DNA of 64,000 nt from the IMG/VR virus record IMGVR_UViG_3300024264_001700, positions 21,586 through 85,585 of that record; one strand, given 5' to 3'. The notes under the pieces are model-generated. The model had not been told where the DNA came from. It worked only from the letters and a program-made list of their open reading frames with translations, and did not search any database. The translations under genes and the position numbers were made by a program. Shown piece by piece: positions 9,666-19,013 of the stretch (position 1 is its first letter; every line of letters starts with the position of its first letter). Origin of the DNA: a virus.

Positions 9666-10195
9666 AATTTGGTACTCGCTTTGTATTGCCAACAACTCGG
9701 CGCTTCTGGTATGCACACACATTGTTTATCATCATGTAAATGCCATTGTGTGTTTGTTTTTTCTTGTATACTAGTAATTAGCTTGCGAAAGTATCTTGGA
9801 CTCCTTTCTCGGCTTATAAATGCACTAGCAAATCCTTGTGCTTTACACATAGCCATTTGATGTTCAATCATTAATATAGTATGCTTTAATCCTAAGTGTT
9901 TCCGAGAATCTGCATGCCTATATTTAGGATTTTTATAATACTTAGACATTATGCGTATTTCACCAGGTTCATAATATTTAGATCTGTGCCATGCTACACT
10001 AAATTCTGCTATATCTTCTTTTACTTTGAAGATACTTATAACTTGAAAATCATTCCAATCTAAATTTTGATAATTTTTACTTAACGGATCAGTTGAACTG
10101 AAATTAATTTTAGAAAGATCGTTAATAAGATCTAACCTTTCGTTAGGAGAAAATGATATTAATGATGAATCTGGATATGGAGCAGATACTATCAT
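9662..10195 (-). CDS. hypothetical protein, possible GNAT-like fold
   Basis: IRIMSKYY..PKYR...MIEHQMAMCKAQGFASAFISRE resembles GNAT motif A/B spacing; weak. Confidence 0.45.
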   Translation of the reverse strand: MIVSAPYPDSSLISFSPNERLDLINDLSKINFSSTDPLSKNYQNLDWNDFQVISIFKVKEDIAEFSVAWHRSKYYEPGEIRIMSKYYKNPKYRHADSRKHLGLKHTILMIEHQMAMCKAQGFASAFISRERSPRYFRKLITSIQEKTNTQWHLHDDKQCVCIPEAPSCWQYKASTKL

Positions 10196-10879
10196 TTAGA
10201 ATTGATACCCGTATTTTTCTAAGTCGTCTTTGAACATATTTTGTATAATATTTCTTGTGTTAGTATTATAATATTTTTTATATGTATCCCTAGTTGAGCT
10301 ATTAGAATGCGACATGCTTATTGATGTGTTAAATAGTTCTTCTAATAATTTAATTTTATTTTTAAGTTCTTCTATTTTTATTACAATATCAATACTATCT
10401 TCAATCCAATAATTTGTTGTCCTGGGTGTGCTATACCAGTTGTTAAATATTTCTGGGTTACGTACATTAGTGTAAGAATTATAAGGACTACTCGATTCGT
10501 TACTATAATCAATTAGCCAATTTTCAAATCCTAAGTCATAGTAATTAGCCATTGCTATATCATCATTATAGATAGAATTTTGTGTTCCGTCGGGGTTAGT
10601 TGGAGTATGTCCTCTTTTCCATATGCTTACTCTGTTTTTTGCATTTTGTCCCATATAATGAAATAAACTTACCATTCTATCATATGGATTTCTTACAAAT
10701 GTAAAAGTTGTGCCTAAGGTTTTCCAAAGTTGTGTTGCTTCACTAAATGTACAATGCTTATATTTCTTAGGTGCATCAAAGACCAAACCAGTTGATTCTG
10801 CCCAGTACAGTAAGCTTGTGCCGCCTGTTCTAGGAATATGGATAAAAGTTACTTTAGGATCAAGAAAGTGTATTGACAT
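10196..10879 (-). CDS. sulfotransferase family 2 protein
   Basis: 5'-PSB FIHIPRTGGTS, 3'-PB FTFVRNPYDRMVSLFHY, C-terminal DLEKYGYQF. Confidence 0.88.
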   Translation of the reverse strand: MSIHFLDPKVTFIHIPRTGGTSLLYWAESTGLVFDAPKKYKHCTFSEATQLWKTLGTTFTFVRNPYDRMVSLFHYMGQNAKNRVSIWKRGHTPTNPDGTQNSIYNDDIAMANYYDLGFENWLIDYSNESSSPYNSYTNVRNPEIFNNWYSTPRTTNYWIEDSIDIVIKIEELKNKIKLLEELFNTSISMSHSNSSTRDTYKKYYNTNTRNIIQNMFKDDLEKYGYQF

Positions 10880-11435
10880 CGTTCCAAAACTCTTTAGTTT
10901 TTTTACCGTGTATCAGTAAATGCAAGCGTTCCTGATCACTATTGTTTTTAACATCATGTTCATAGTGTATGTTTAAAACCAATGGAACACCAGGAGCATA
11001 CGGTAGTTTCTTTCCATTATGTGTAAATTCACTACCTTCTGGCCACGTGATACAAATATTAATCGGCTCAAGCCAATTGCGCTGTGGTACGTCAATGTGT
11101 GGAGCAATATATCCTCTCGGCTTGATTACTAAAAATCTTACATCATCAATACGTGCTAACGGCAAACTTTTAATCCACTGCATAGTTTTAGGACATTGTT
11201 TGCCTACTTCTGTTAGATCTTTTTTGGCTCTTAGACCATATTCCCAGTGACTATTTGTGCTGTTTGCATCAACTCCGTATAGTGTTACTGCATACCAATC
11301 TTTGTGACCGTCTTCTGGGCGATGTATAATTAGTTTATCTTTTACATTTAAATATTCTTGTTCAACAACATCAACTGGAACTTTCCAGTTCATATGTACA
11401 TATTCTACATCACTATCTCTACTGTATTCCGTCAT
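10860..11435 (-). CDS. aspartyl/asparaginyl beta-hydroxylase-family 2OG-Fe(II) oxygenase
   Basis: CPKT, VRFLVIKPRGYIAPHID, LNIHYEHDVKNNSDQERLHLLIHG. Confidence 0.85.
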   Translation of the reverse strand: MTEYSRDSDVEYVHMNWKVPVDVVEQEYLNVKDKLIIHRPEDGHKDWYAVTLYGVDANSTNSHWEYGLRAKKDLTEVGKQCPKTMQWIKSLPLARIDDVRFLVIKPRGYIAPHIDVPQRNWLEPINICITWPEGSEFTHNGKKLPYAPGVPLVLNIHYEHDVKNNSDQERLHLLIHGKKTKEFWNDVNTLS

Positions 11436-12396
11436 AATAAAATGCTCCTCGCCACAATAGTCTATCTTGCTGTTCGCCGTCTACTTCAGGAAAAGGCTGA
11501 CGCTTGTGTAGTGCTTGTGTTTGATCAAACAACATCAAGTCTCCTGTTTTCCAATCGTGACTGTATTCATACTTTAGGTAATGTTTGACTAGATAGTCGT
11601 ATAATTCTTTTTGTTCATCTTTAGGAATGTCATGTAGTCCTGCTACATTTAAGAAAGGAAAATATAATCCTTTTTGTCCTGTTACTGTATGTTCATGTAC
11701 TAGTTTTTTGTAGGTATACTTCCATCGACCTTCTACACTAAACTCTTGTTTCCTACGCATCATTTCTTGGTATATAGGACCATTACTACGTTTGCGTCCT
11801 TGTATGTTGTGCAAGTCTTTTGCTTCATCAGCAGTAACTTGATCTTCGCTTATAGTATATGCCCTATTGTCATTAAGTATTCGAGGCTGTTCTGTACGTG
11901 TGATCAAATGCTCAAAGTCGCTTCTATGAAAACTTCTTACATCACTTGTAATCATTAGCATAGTATTTTCAATTGTTTTCTTTACATGATTAGGCAAGTC
12001 GTTGTATGCTTCGACACCATTTAAGAATATAGTATCGCATCTATCTTTTGTAGGAACAACACAATACAATGTTACACAGTCCTCAGGATCAAGTGCAAGT
12101 GTGCCGTTACAATGCCATTCAAGTTCACCTTGTGGAAATATACCACGCTTGCCTCCTAGTTCAGGCATTGCACGATTTGTTACATATTGTATTTGGTGAT
12201 AATCAGGATCTTCGTACCAAGCATGATGCTGAGTCTTGTCTCCCCATAGAGCAAGTATTCTAGCATACTCATCTTTTGTAAGTTCTTGGTTGCGTAGTAA
12301 TACATTTGAATGATAAGCGGTTAGTTTTGCTACATTCTTAATTTGTTCGTCTGTACATTTTTTTAAATCTATATCAAGTTCTTTGTGAATATTCAT
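11419..12396 (-). CDS. TauD/TfdA-family dioxygenase-like protein (HxN instead of HxD)
   Basis: VLLRNQELT, LEWHCNG, DTIFLN..AYNDLP, LVHEHTVTGQKGLY, HDWKTGDLMLFDQ..ALHKR, RLLWR. Confidence 0.85.
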   Translation of the reverse strand: MNIHKELDIDLKKCTDEQIKNVAKLTAYHSNVLLRNQELTKDEYARILALWGDKTQHHAWYEDPDYHQIQYVTNRAMPELGGKRGIFPQGELEWHCNGTLALDPEDCVTLYCVVPTKDRCDTIFLNGVEAYNDLPNHVKKTIENTMLMITSDVRSFHRSDFEHLITRTEQPRILNDNRAYTISEDQVTADEAKDLHNIQGRKRSNGPIYQEMMRRKQEFSVEGRWKYTYKKLVHEHTVTGQKGLYFPFLNVAGLHDIPKDEQKELYDYLVKHYLKYEYSHDWKTGDLMLFDQTQALHKRQPFPEVDGEQQDRLLWRGAFYYDGIQ

Positions 12397-12940
12397 GATG
12401 ATCTTTATGATTACCTTCTAACGGCGCTATTAGGTTAATCCAAAAATTGTTTATAGGGCCTTTTAAATCATGTCCAAACAAATTTAATATACCAAATCCA
12501 AGATAAGATAACACTACTAGCATTGTATTAATTATAACAGCATCTAAGCCAAAAGTCAAGAAAGAAATAATCCAATGTGCAATAAAAATATATGTTCCGT
12601 ATTTGTGAAAAAACATAACTCTAGGATTACGTATCAAGTCTATAAGAAATTTACGTGGTATACTATCTACACTCCACAGACTGAATAATATTACATACCA
12701 AGGGTGATTCTTTACACTATGCGGATCCTTAGGTGTGTCGGCATATGCATGGTGCATACGATGCACACCGGACCATGTAAGTGCGCTACGTCCGCCGCAT
12801 AGTAAACCTATATATAGTAACCAAATTTCAACCATCGGACTTGCATTATAAGACTTATGAGAAAAATATCTATGATAGCCAAACGTAATGCCAAAAAGTG
12901 CAAGAATCCAGTATGTAATATATCCATATAATAATATCAT
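12374..12940 (-). CDS. membrane fatty-acid desaturase-like protein (delta-9 type, short)
   Basis: His boxes GYHRYFSH, HRMHH..D...DPHS, EGNHKDHH; hydrophobic segments. GGAG RBS supports ATG 12940. Confidence 0.88.
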   Translation of the reverse strand: MILLYGYITYWILALFGITFGYHRYFSHKSYNASPMVEIWLLYIGLLCGGRSALTWSGVHRMHHAYADTPKDPHSVKNHPWYVILFSLWSVDSIPRKFLIDLIRNPRVMFFHKYGTYIFIAHWIISFLTFGLDAVIINTMLVVLSYLGFGILNLFGHDLKGPINNFWINLIAPLEGNHKDHHEYSQRT

Positions 12941-12941
12941 A

Positions 12942-13640
12942 TTATTCTCCAATTTTCGTAAATATACTTAAACCAATTTTTCTTGTAATGCCAACATCGT
13001 TAAAATTACTAGCACTATGAAGATCTAAACTGTCAAAAGAAATAATACTACCAATCTTCCAAGGAAAATAAGCATTTACACTTAATCCTTTAAGCCAGTG
13101 ACTCTTTAAGTGCGAAAGATACTTCAAATGTATTTCATCTATACCTGCATTGTTTTTATTTTCTACTTCGTTGTAATTAGTTAAGAACTTATTATAATGT
13201 ACAGAATATCCTGATACATCTTCTTCATTTACAAATTTTGCAGGACCTCCATAATAACTTTGATCAAACACAAAAAATTTTGCTTTATCACAGATGTTGC
13301 CTTCAACGTACAATGGAATTACAAATGCTTTATAACATTGTGGATAATCAAAACTATCATCATTATGTATAATATGTGGCTTTTCTACATCAAAAAAATG
13401 TGCATCACGTAAATTAAATTCTCCATATAATTGCCTTAACTTATATAGAATATTATTAATAATTCCTTCGTCTTCATCAACCTTCAATACTTTCGGACCA
13501 GTAACTTTTTCTACAACATCGTCGCTTGTATTATAAAATTTTAACAAACTATCAATATCATCAGAAGTAACTATATCCCAATGCTGAACAGGGTTACTTT
13601 TAGTTCTTTTAATTGCTTCAATTTGTTCTAATGTACGCAT
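12942..13640 (-). CDS. putative 2OG-Fe(II)/cupin oxygenase (paralog of 5824-6714)
   Basis: IIHNDD (HxD), YKAFVIPL, FDSLDLHSASNF, RKIGLSIFT. Confidence 0.6.
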   Translation of the reverse strand: MRTLEQIEAIKRTKSNPVQHWDIVTSDDIDSLLKFYNTSDDVVEKVTGPKVLKVDEDEGIINNILYKLRQLYGEFNLRDAHFFDVEKPHIIHNDDSFDYPQCYKAFVIPLYVEGNICDKAKFFVFDQSYYGGPAKFVNEEDVSGYSVHYNKFLTNYNEVENKNNAGIDEIHLKYLSHLKSHWLKGLSVNAYFPWKIGSIISFDSLDLHSASNFNDVGITRKIGLSIFTKIGE

Positions 13641-14752
13641 TAATATTTACTTTTTGGTATCTTTGAATCAGCACTTGACACACAACTTTTAGTAATACAC
13701 GTTTGTGGCTCTTTAAACAAGGTAAAGCCTGTCTCTATGTTGCCTAGTGGTGTATCGTGACAACTATAACTCCTTTTGACACTACCGTCAGGCTCCCGTA
13801 TTATTATTCCGCTGTAGCCAGCATTACAACGCCATCCTTCGAAATTGTTAAAATTAAAGGCATTAAAGCGTTCTGCCTGGTCCATATAGTATTTATTGCC
13901 TTCAGAATCTTTTAATTCAACTTGCATATGCCAAGGTATACTTGTATCCAGTTTACCGTCTACTCCTTGGGGTACCTGGAACGATGGCTTTGGACGTTTG
14001 GCCCATTTGCGTTTACTTTCTGTATAGGCTCTTTGCGGCATTCCGTTCCAGAGTTTTTTAAGGTGTTCCTCACTATACCCATCCACAACACGGGAGGCCG
14101 TTGGATCGGACTGAGGTTTAAGAGTAACATTAATTCCTTGTTCGTGGAAGAACAAGGCGTTTTCCCAGTCCCTCTCAAACCAGTCCGGAACCATAACCAT
14201 ATTGATCGTAACTTGAACATCATGCTCCTGGCAGAAGATTAACTTGTCTGCAAAGTCCTGCATCTTCTCTACTGTATTTAAGTGTTCTGTGTGTAAACTT
14301 GCTGTAATACTAGCACGATGAAAAGGTTTTACACGTTCTACATAGTCTTCAAACCATCGCATATTGCGACTACAGTTTGATGTCATATGCACAGAGGTAT
14401 AATTAGTGTTAGTAACATCATCAGCCAAATGCTGCAAAATATCCAAGTATCCTGGATGAAAAGTAGGCTCGCCGCCAGACAAAGAAAAATGGAAACTATT
14501 AAAACTGTTATCACGTGCTTGCCTCTTAATTTCATCTATAGTCGCTAGACACAACTCTGTTGGTCTATGATCTTTTCTATCACTTCTTGCGTAGGGCCAA
14601 CAGTAGGAGCATTTGTAGTTACAGAATCTTCCGAGCAACCAGCTGACAGTAAACAAGTCTCTATATAAGAGTGTCCGTTGTCCGACGCTAACAATGTCGT
14701 CAAACGGGATCTTTGTAAAGTCATAATTACTCCATTTCAAATCTTCATTCAT
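13640..14752 (-). CDS. radical SAM enzyme with C-terminal Cys-rich (twitch-like) domain, subfamily C
   Basis: CNYKCSYC, SGGEPT, C-terminal CNAG...SC...C...SC. Confidence 0.92.
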   Translation of the reverse strand: MNEDLKWSNYDFTKIPFDDIVSVGQRTLLYRDLFTVSWLLGRFCNYKCSYCWPYARSDRKDHRPTELCLATIDEIKRQARDNSFNSFHFSLSGGEPTFHPGYLDILQHLADDVTNTNYTSVHMTSNCSRNMRWFEDYVERVKPFHRASITASLHTEHLNTVEKMQDFADKLIFCQEHDVQVTINMVMVPDWFERDWENALFFHEQGINVTLKPQSDPTASRVVDGYSEEHLKKLWNGMPQRAYTESKRKWAKRPKPSFQVPQGVDGKLDTSIPWHMQVELKDSEGNKYYMDQAERFNAFNFNNFEGWRCNAGYSGIIIREPDGSVKRSYSCHDTPLGNIETGFTLFKEPQTCITKSCVSSADSKIPKSKY

Positions 14753-14758
14753 ATCTTT

Positions 14759-14797
14759 ATATTAGCACCATTTTAGCATTCTGTCAAGATATTTATA
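14759..14797 (-). promoter_or_regulatory. tandem promoters: TATAAATA (14797-14790) and TTGACA-N17-TAATAT (14787-14759), probably leaderless
   Basis: Reverse-strand reading TATAAATAtcTTGACAgaatgctaaaatggtgcTAATATaaagatATG. No Shine-Dalgarno; ATG follows 6 nt after the -10. Confidence 0.65.
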
Positions 14798-14800
14798 AAA

Positions 14801-14808
14801 GATAAATA
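14801..14808 (+). promoter_or_regulatory. putative T4-late-like promoter (gATAAATA) for the nitroreductase
   Basis: 20 nt upstream of ATG 14829, followed by RBS GGGGAGGA. Confidence 0.45.
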
Positions 14809-14828
14809 CATTATAGGGGAGGACTGAG

Positions 14829-15443
14829 ATGTTTGAATCACACAAAGAACTTAAAAAAGCTGTTATTAGAAGCCAACACGTACAGCGCAACTGGGACTTA
14901 ACAAAAGATATTCCAGAGGACGATCTAGAGCTTTTAATTCATGCTGCTACAAATTGTCCAAGCAAACAAAATTTTGCTTTTTATAAACTTCATTTTATTA
15001 CCAATAGAGAAAAAATAGAATCTATTCATGCTCTAACAGAGGGTCTTAGAAACATGAAAGGTGAAATGAGTACTAACAGTCAAACTCTTGCAAATTTATT
15101 AGTTGTATTTGAAGATATAGATCCTAGTCCTGAACTTATAGAAAAGTGGAAACTACGTGATCATTCAAATATGGAAACACTAAAAAGAGATCAGCAAACG
15201 GCTATCGGTGTAGCTGCTGGTTATTTGAATGTTATTGCAAGTATGCTCGGTTACGGCACAGGCTGCTGTGCTTGCTACGATTACAACGAAGTAAAAGAAA
15301 AAATAGGATTTGAAAAAGATCCATTACTTATGATGGGTATAGGATTCAAGGACGAAACACGCAATCGTAGAGAACATCATTTAACAGGCGAAATGATGGG
15401 ACGTAGAGTAAAAGAGACTATTGAAGTTGTAGTAAGTAGATAA
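14829..15443 (+). CDS. nitroreductase-family flavoprotein
   Basis: QRNWD..IPEDDLELLIHAATNCPSKQN, DQQTAIGVAAGYLNVIASMLGYGTGCC, LMMGIGF; strong RBS. Confidence 0.85.
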   Translation: MFESHKELKKAVIRSQHVQRNWDLTKDIPEDDLELLIHAATNCPSKQNFAFYKLHFITNREKIESIHALTEGLRNMKGEMSTNSQTLANLLVVFEDIDPSPELIEKWKLRDHSNMETLKRDQQTAIGVAAGYLNVIASMLGYGTGCCACYDYNEVKEKIGFEKDPLLMMGIGFKDETRNRREHHLTGEMMGRRVKETIEVVVSR

Positions 15444-16397
15444 TTATAAAGATTCTTTTATAAATTTATCTCTTTTTAATTTTTTACAAACTTGCTCACA
15501 CCTTGGCAGGGGAGAGTTAGTATTCCACGAACTTATAATCTCATTCCATATGTTGCTAGATATTGCTTCGTCAATACCTACTTCATTTAGATTTATAGTA
15601 TTTTTATAATCGTGATCATTCAATAACTGTTCAAAATTATCTTTAATTATACCACTTGTATTGTATTCTAGCATTTTACTATTTAAATGACAACAAGGTA
15701 TTATATTACCTGTATGATTAATAAAAATTCTGTTCTGATCTTTATATTTACAACTTATATAAGATTCTTCTTGAACATTGTCAATCTGTTCTTGCTTAGG
15801 CGTTACAGACTTTGTATCTTTTCTATGACTTATAATAGTTTTAAAATCTTTAAAACCTTCAGTCTTTGCTAAATCTTTTGCAGTGTCTAATTGATGTTCG
15901 TTATGTTCAAACACAATAAACTGCCAAACAGCCTTGCCTCCAGCAGCAATAAATGCTTTATAATTTTGTTCTACTTTTTTAAAACTTGAACCTTCTCTAT
16001 ATACTTCGCTTAATTCATCACTGCCGTCAATCCCCCATGTCACTCTATGACTATTCGGCAATCTTTCAGCAAGCTCTGCCCACCATTTCGCAGTCCGTAA
16101 ACTACCGTTAGTAGCAATATTGATATGACAGTTCCATTCTGCAAAATGATCTATTATTTCAAAGAATTGAGGATGAGTAGTAGGTTCGTCTACACTACCA
16201 CAAAAATTTATTATCTTAATATTAGGAAACTGTTCTTTTTTGAATCGAGTTTTGATAGTTTCTAAATCAATATAACTTTTGTTTAAAATTTTATCTGCTT
16301 GATTAGATATAACTCTAAAACAGCCTTTGCATTGTATATTACAAAAACTAGTAAGTTCAATATCAATCCATTCTATAGTATCCATTGACCACATCAC
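15444..16397 (-). CDS. radical SAM/SPASM enzyme, subfamily B
   Basis: IELTSFCNIQCKGC, FCGSVDEP, TNG, WQFIVFEHNEHQ, C-terminal SC...IFINHTGNIIPCC...C..C. Confidence 0.92.
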   Translation of the reverse strand: MMWSMDTIEWIDIELTSFCNIQCKGCFRVISNQADKILNKSYIDLETIKTRFKKEQFPNIKIINFCGSVDEPTTHPQFFEIIDHFAEWNCHINIATNGSLRTAKWWAELAERLPNSHRVTWGIDGSDELSEVYREGSSFKKVEQNYKAFIAAGGKAVWQFIVFEHNEHQLDTAKDLAKTEGFKDFKTIISHRKDTKSVTPKQEQIDNVQEESYISCKYKDQNRIFINHTGNIIPCCHLNSKMLEYNTSGIIKDNFEQLLNDHDYKNTINLNEVGIDEAISSNIWNEIISSWNTNSPLPRCEQVCKKLKRDKFIKESL

Positions 16398-17623
16398 AAG
16401 ACCTCTGTAGGATTTATAGGAGTACCGTTCGGTTCTTGAAATTCTGCATTATCAAAAACTTTCATATCAACATGTCTTGCTAATGTAGTTTTATAATTTT
16501 CTAAATGAACACTTTTAGGCGCACATAGGCCACATCCACATGTGTGTTTAGGACACACTACTGTAGGCATAGTGCCGCTAGAAAGTTTTTCTTTCAAATC
16601 AGCAATAATTTTTTTGCCTTCACTTATTTTTCCTATAGGTCCTCTTGTCTGATCGAATTTTGCTTGGCAAGTTTGATGATGGAATACACTATCAGTTTGT
16701 TGTTCTAGATGTAAGAAGAACCAATTGACACTACAATTCCATCCTTTGAAATTTCTAAAATCTACAAATGTACCTTTACGTTCTTCGCCTTTTGCACTTA
16801 AACACATTTCTCTACTGCCGCAACACGGTCTTCCGATAGCCCAGCCATCTTTCTTTTCTACTTTGTGTTTTTCATTTTGTGCTTCTCCTGCTGCACTAAG
16901 AGTTGCTGCAACTTCTTTTTCGTCATTTAGTTTGGCATTTTTATATTTCCAATAATTTTTCATATAGTCAAGTTGTTCGTCTGTGTATAAGTGTGAAAAA
17001 TTACTTCTACTACCTGCTTCTTCACCAATTACTCTAGGAACATATGCAACACCATTTTTATGCAAGAAATCACAAAGTTCTTTACACTCATCAAAATATG
17101 CAGCATGAAACATTACATTTACACTTACTGAACAATCATTGTCAGGACCTTGTGTATGAAATTGCATTATGCGATCACGTACTTGTTGTTTTAATTTGTC
17201 ATCACTTTCAGAATGATAACTTATAGTTGCATGTGATACATGCTTCATTACAGCAGTTGCCATCTTTTCACTCATTGCACCATTAGTAGTAAGCGCAAAT
17301 CCTGCAATCCACTTATCAGAATATTTTTCTTCATATGTCTTTTGTAAATACTGTAGGAAAGGAATAAAATTAGGATTTACAGTAGGCTCTCCTCCTGTAA
17401 AACTTATATTAGTTTCTTTATGATTTCTATGCTCCATGTATGTATCAATATACTCAAATAAGAAATCAGTATTAGCTTTTAATTCATCTAAAGTTGCATG
17501 TTTGCTAAAATTGTCATGCCTATGTGCAGGACAGTAAGAACAATCGTAATTGCATCTTCTTCCGACATCCCATGTAACTTGAAAAACATTACCCGTAAGT
17601 AAATCTACTGTATCAAAACTCAT
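16394..17623 (-). CDS. radical SAM enzyme with Cys-rich C-terminus, subfamily C
   Basis: WDVGRRCNYDCSYC, TGGEPT, TTNG, PCCGSREMC, CPKHTCGCGLCAPK. Confidence 0.92.
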   Translation of the reverse strand: MSFDTVDLLTGNVFQVTWDVGRRCNYDCSYCPAHRHDNFSKHATLDELKANTDFLFEYIDTYMEHRNHKETNISFTGGEPTVNPNFIPFLQYLQKTYEEKYSDKWIAGFALTTNGAMSEKMATAVMKHVSHATISYHSESDDKLKQQVRDRIMQFHTQGPDNDCSVSVNVMFHAAYFDECKELCDFLHKNGVAYVPRVIGEEAGSRSNFSHLYTDEQLDYMKNYWKYKNAKLNDEKEVAATLSAAGEAQNEKHKVEKKDGWAIGRPCCGSREMCLSAKGEERKGTFVDFRNFKGWNCSVNWFFLHLEQQTDSVFHHQTCQAKFDQTRGPIGKISEGKKIIADLKEKLSSGTMPTVVCPKHTCGCGLCAPKSVHLENYKTTLARHVDMKVFDNAEFQEPNGTPINPTEVL

Positions 17624-19013
17624 TAAATATATCCTTCATTTCTGGAAATGTTTCCGCAAAAGTAATTCCACGTTGTTTGTCACATAAGCCTAAAAATTCT
17701 TGCATCTCTGGCAAGCGTCTACTCCAGTCTTCACTTTCCATAAAACTAAGTATTCCGTCTAGTCTTTTTATACCATATTCAGCTTGCATAAAATCCTCTT
17801 TAGTAACTTTACCCTTGTGCCAGCTAGGAATGCCCAACTCCCAATTTTCTTCCCACCATGGATACCAGGCTTCGTATTTTGCTCTACATTCTTCTTTGAA
17901 CCATTTAGGTAATACTTTTACGTTTAAATGAGCAGGCCAATATACAAAGTGCTGACTAATGCCGCCAGCGCCAAATGGCCACATATTAATCTTCTTAAAC
18001 TTTTGTTCTAATTTCCATTGTATAAAGTCTGGCAAGTAATATACATTAAGAGCTTGTACAGCAGCAGCAATAGTAACTTCTACATTATCACTTGTTTGTG
18101 TATCCAACAAATGGAACACTTCTTCTTGTCTTGACCACTTGCTAGGATAACGAATGTAGTCGTTCATTTCTTTAATGCTATCTATCGAATAGTGGAAACG
18201 AACAAGTTTGAATTCTTTCCATAGATCGAATAAATCCGCTCTCCATTCAACTCCGTTTGAGTTATAACGCAGTTCAAGATCTTTTGCATAGCCCATTTTA
18301 ATTGCATGTTCGAGTATTTCGTAGTGTTCTTCAATAATTAAACTTTCGCCGCCGGCAAAATATATTTGCTGCATACTAGGCATTTGCTCGTAGAACTGTT
18401 TCCAAAATGTAGGATTTTGTTTATGCCAATTATAACTACTGCCATTAGTACTGCCTTTATCTGCCCAGCCCATAATCTCTTTAAGACTTTCGTTTTTAAC
18501 AGCAGGGAACATTGCTTTCCAGTCTTTGATCCATCCACTACTATCATGTGGGCTACACATTACACACGCAAGCTGGCACTTAGTACCAAACCGCAAATCA
18601 ATATATGCAAGATTAGGCGGAACACTGCCATCCTCATTTGTATCTGCAAGTATTTTATCTATATCAACACGCTTGCTCCAATAATTTGTTTCCCACATAC
18701 GTTTACTACGATGTCCTGCTGCCTCTTCTTTATAGCATTTTAAACAACTAGGAGGCTTTTCGCCTGCAAGCATTTGCTTACGCACATTTTTCATGTATGT
18801 GCTATTCCATGCAGTTTCAAAATCACTTACATTTAGATTGTTGGGCTTACCATCTTCAGTTTTAAGTATTCCAACTTGACCACCATGTTCTTTATCATTA
18901 GTAGGACCAACACTACTTGCGTTTGCTGTACAGCATACACGCATACTTCCGTCTGGTCTTGTGCTTAGATGCACCCAAGGTAATAAACAAAATGTGTCTG
19001 ATATATGTTTCAT
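17613..19013 (-). CDS. radical SAM enzyme with N-terminal twitch/SPASM domain, subfamily A
   Basis: N-terminal CLLPW..STRPDG..VCC...CLKC, then DLRFGTKCQLACVMC, AGGES. Start moved to ATG 19013. Confidence 0.92.
   Translation of the reverse strand: MKHISDTFCLLPWVHLSTRPDGSMRVCCTANASSVGPTNDKEHGGQVGILKTEDGKPNNLNVSDFETAWNSTYMKNVRKQMLAGEKPPSCLKCYKEEAAGHRSKRMWETNYWSKRVDIDKILADTNEDGSVPPNLAYIDLRFGTKCQLACVMCSPHDSSGWIKDWKAMFPAVKNESLKEIMGWADKGSTNGSSYNWHKQNPTFWKQFYEQMPSMQQIYFAGGESLIIEEHYEILEHAIKMGYAKDLELRYNSNGVEWRADLFDLWKEFKLVRFHYSIDSIKEMNDYIRYPSKWSRQEEVFHLLDTQTSDNVEVTIAAAVQALNVYYLPDFIQWKLEQKFKKINMWPFGAGGISQHFVYWPAHLNVKVLPKWFKEECRAKYEAWYPWWEENWELGIPSWHKGKVTKEDFMQAEYGIKRLDGILSFMESEDWSRRLPEMQEFLGLCDKQRGITFAETFPEMKDIFNEF

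Noticed and set aside
13640-17623. Calling these genes moaA (molybdopterin synthesis)
   Set aside because: No C-terminal GG motif and no moaC/moaD/moaE nearby; the similarity is only the generic radical-SAM core.
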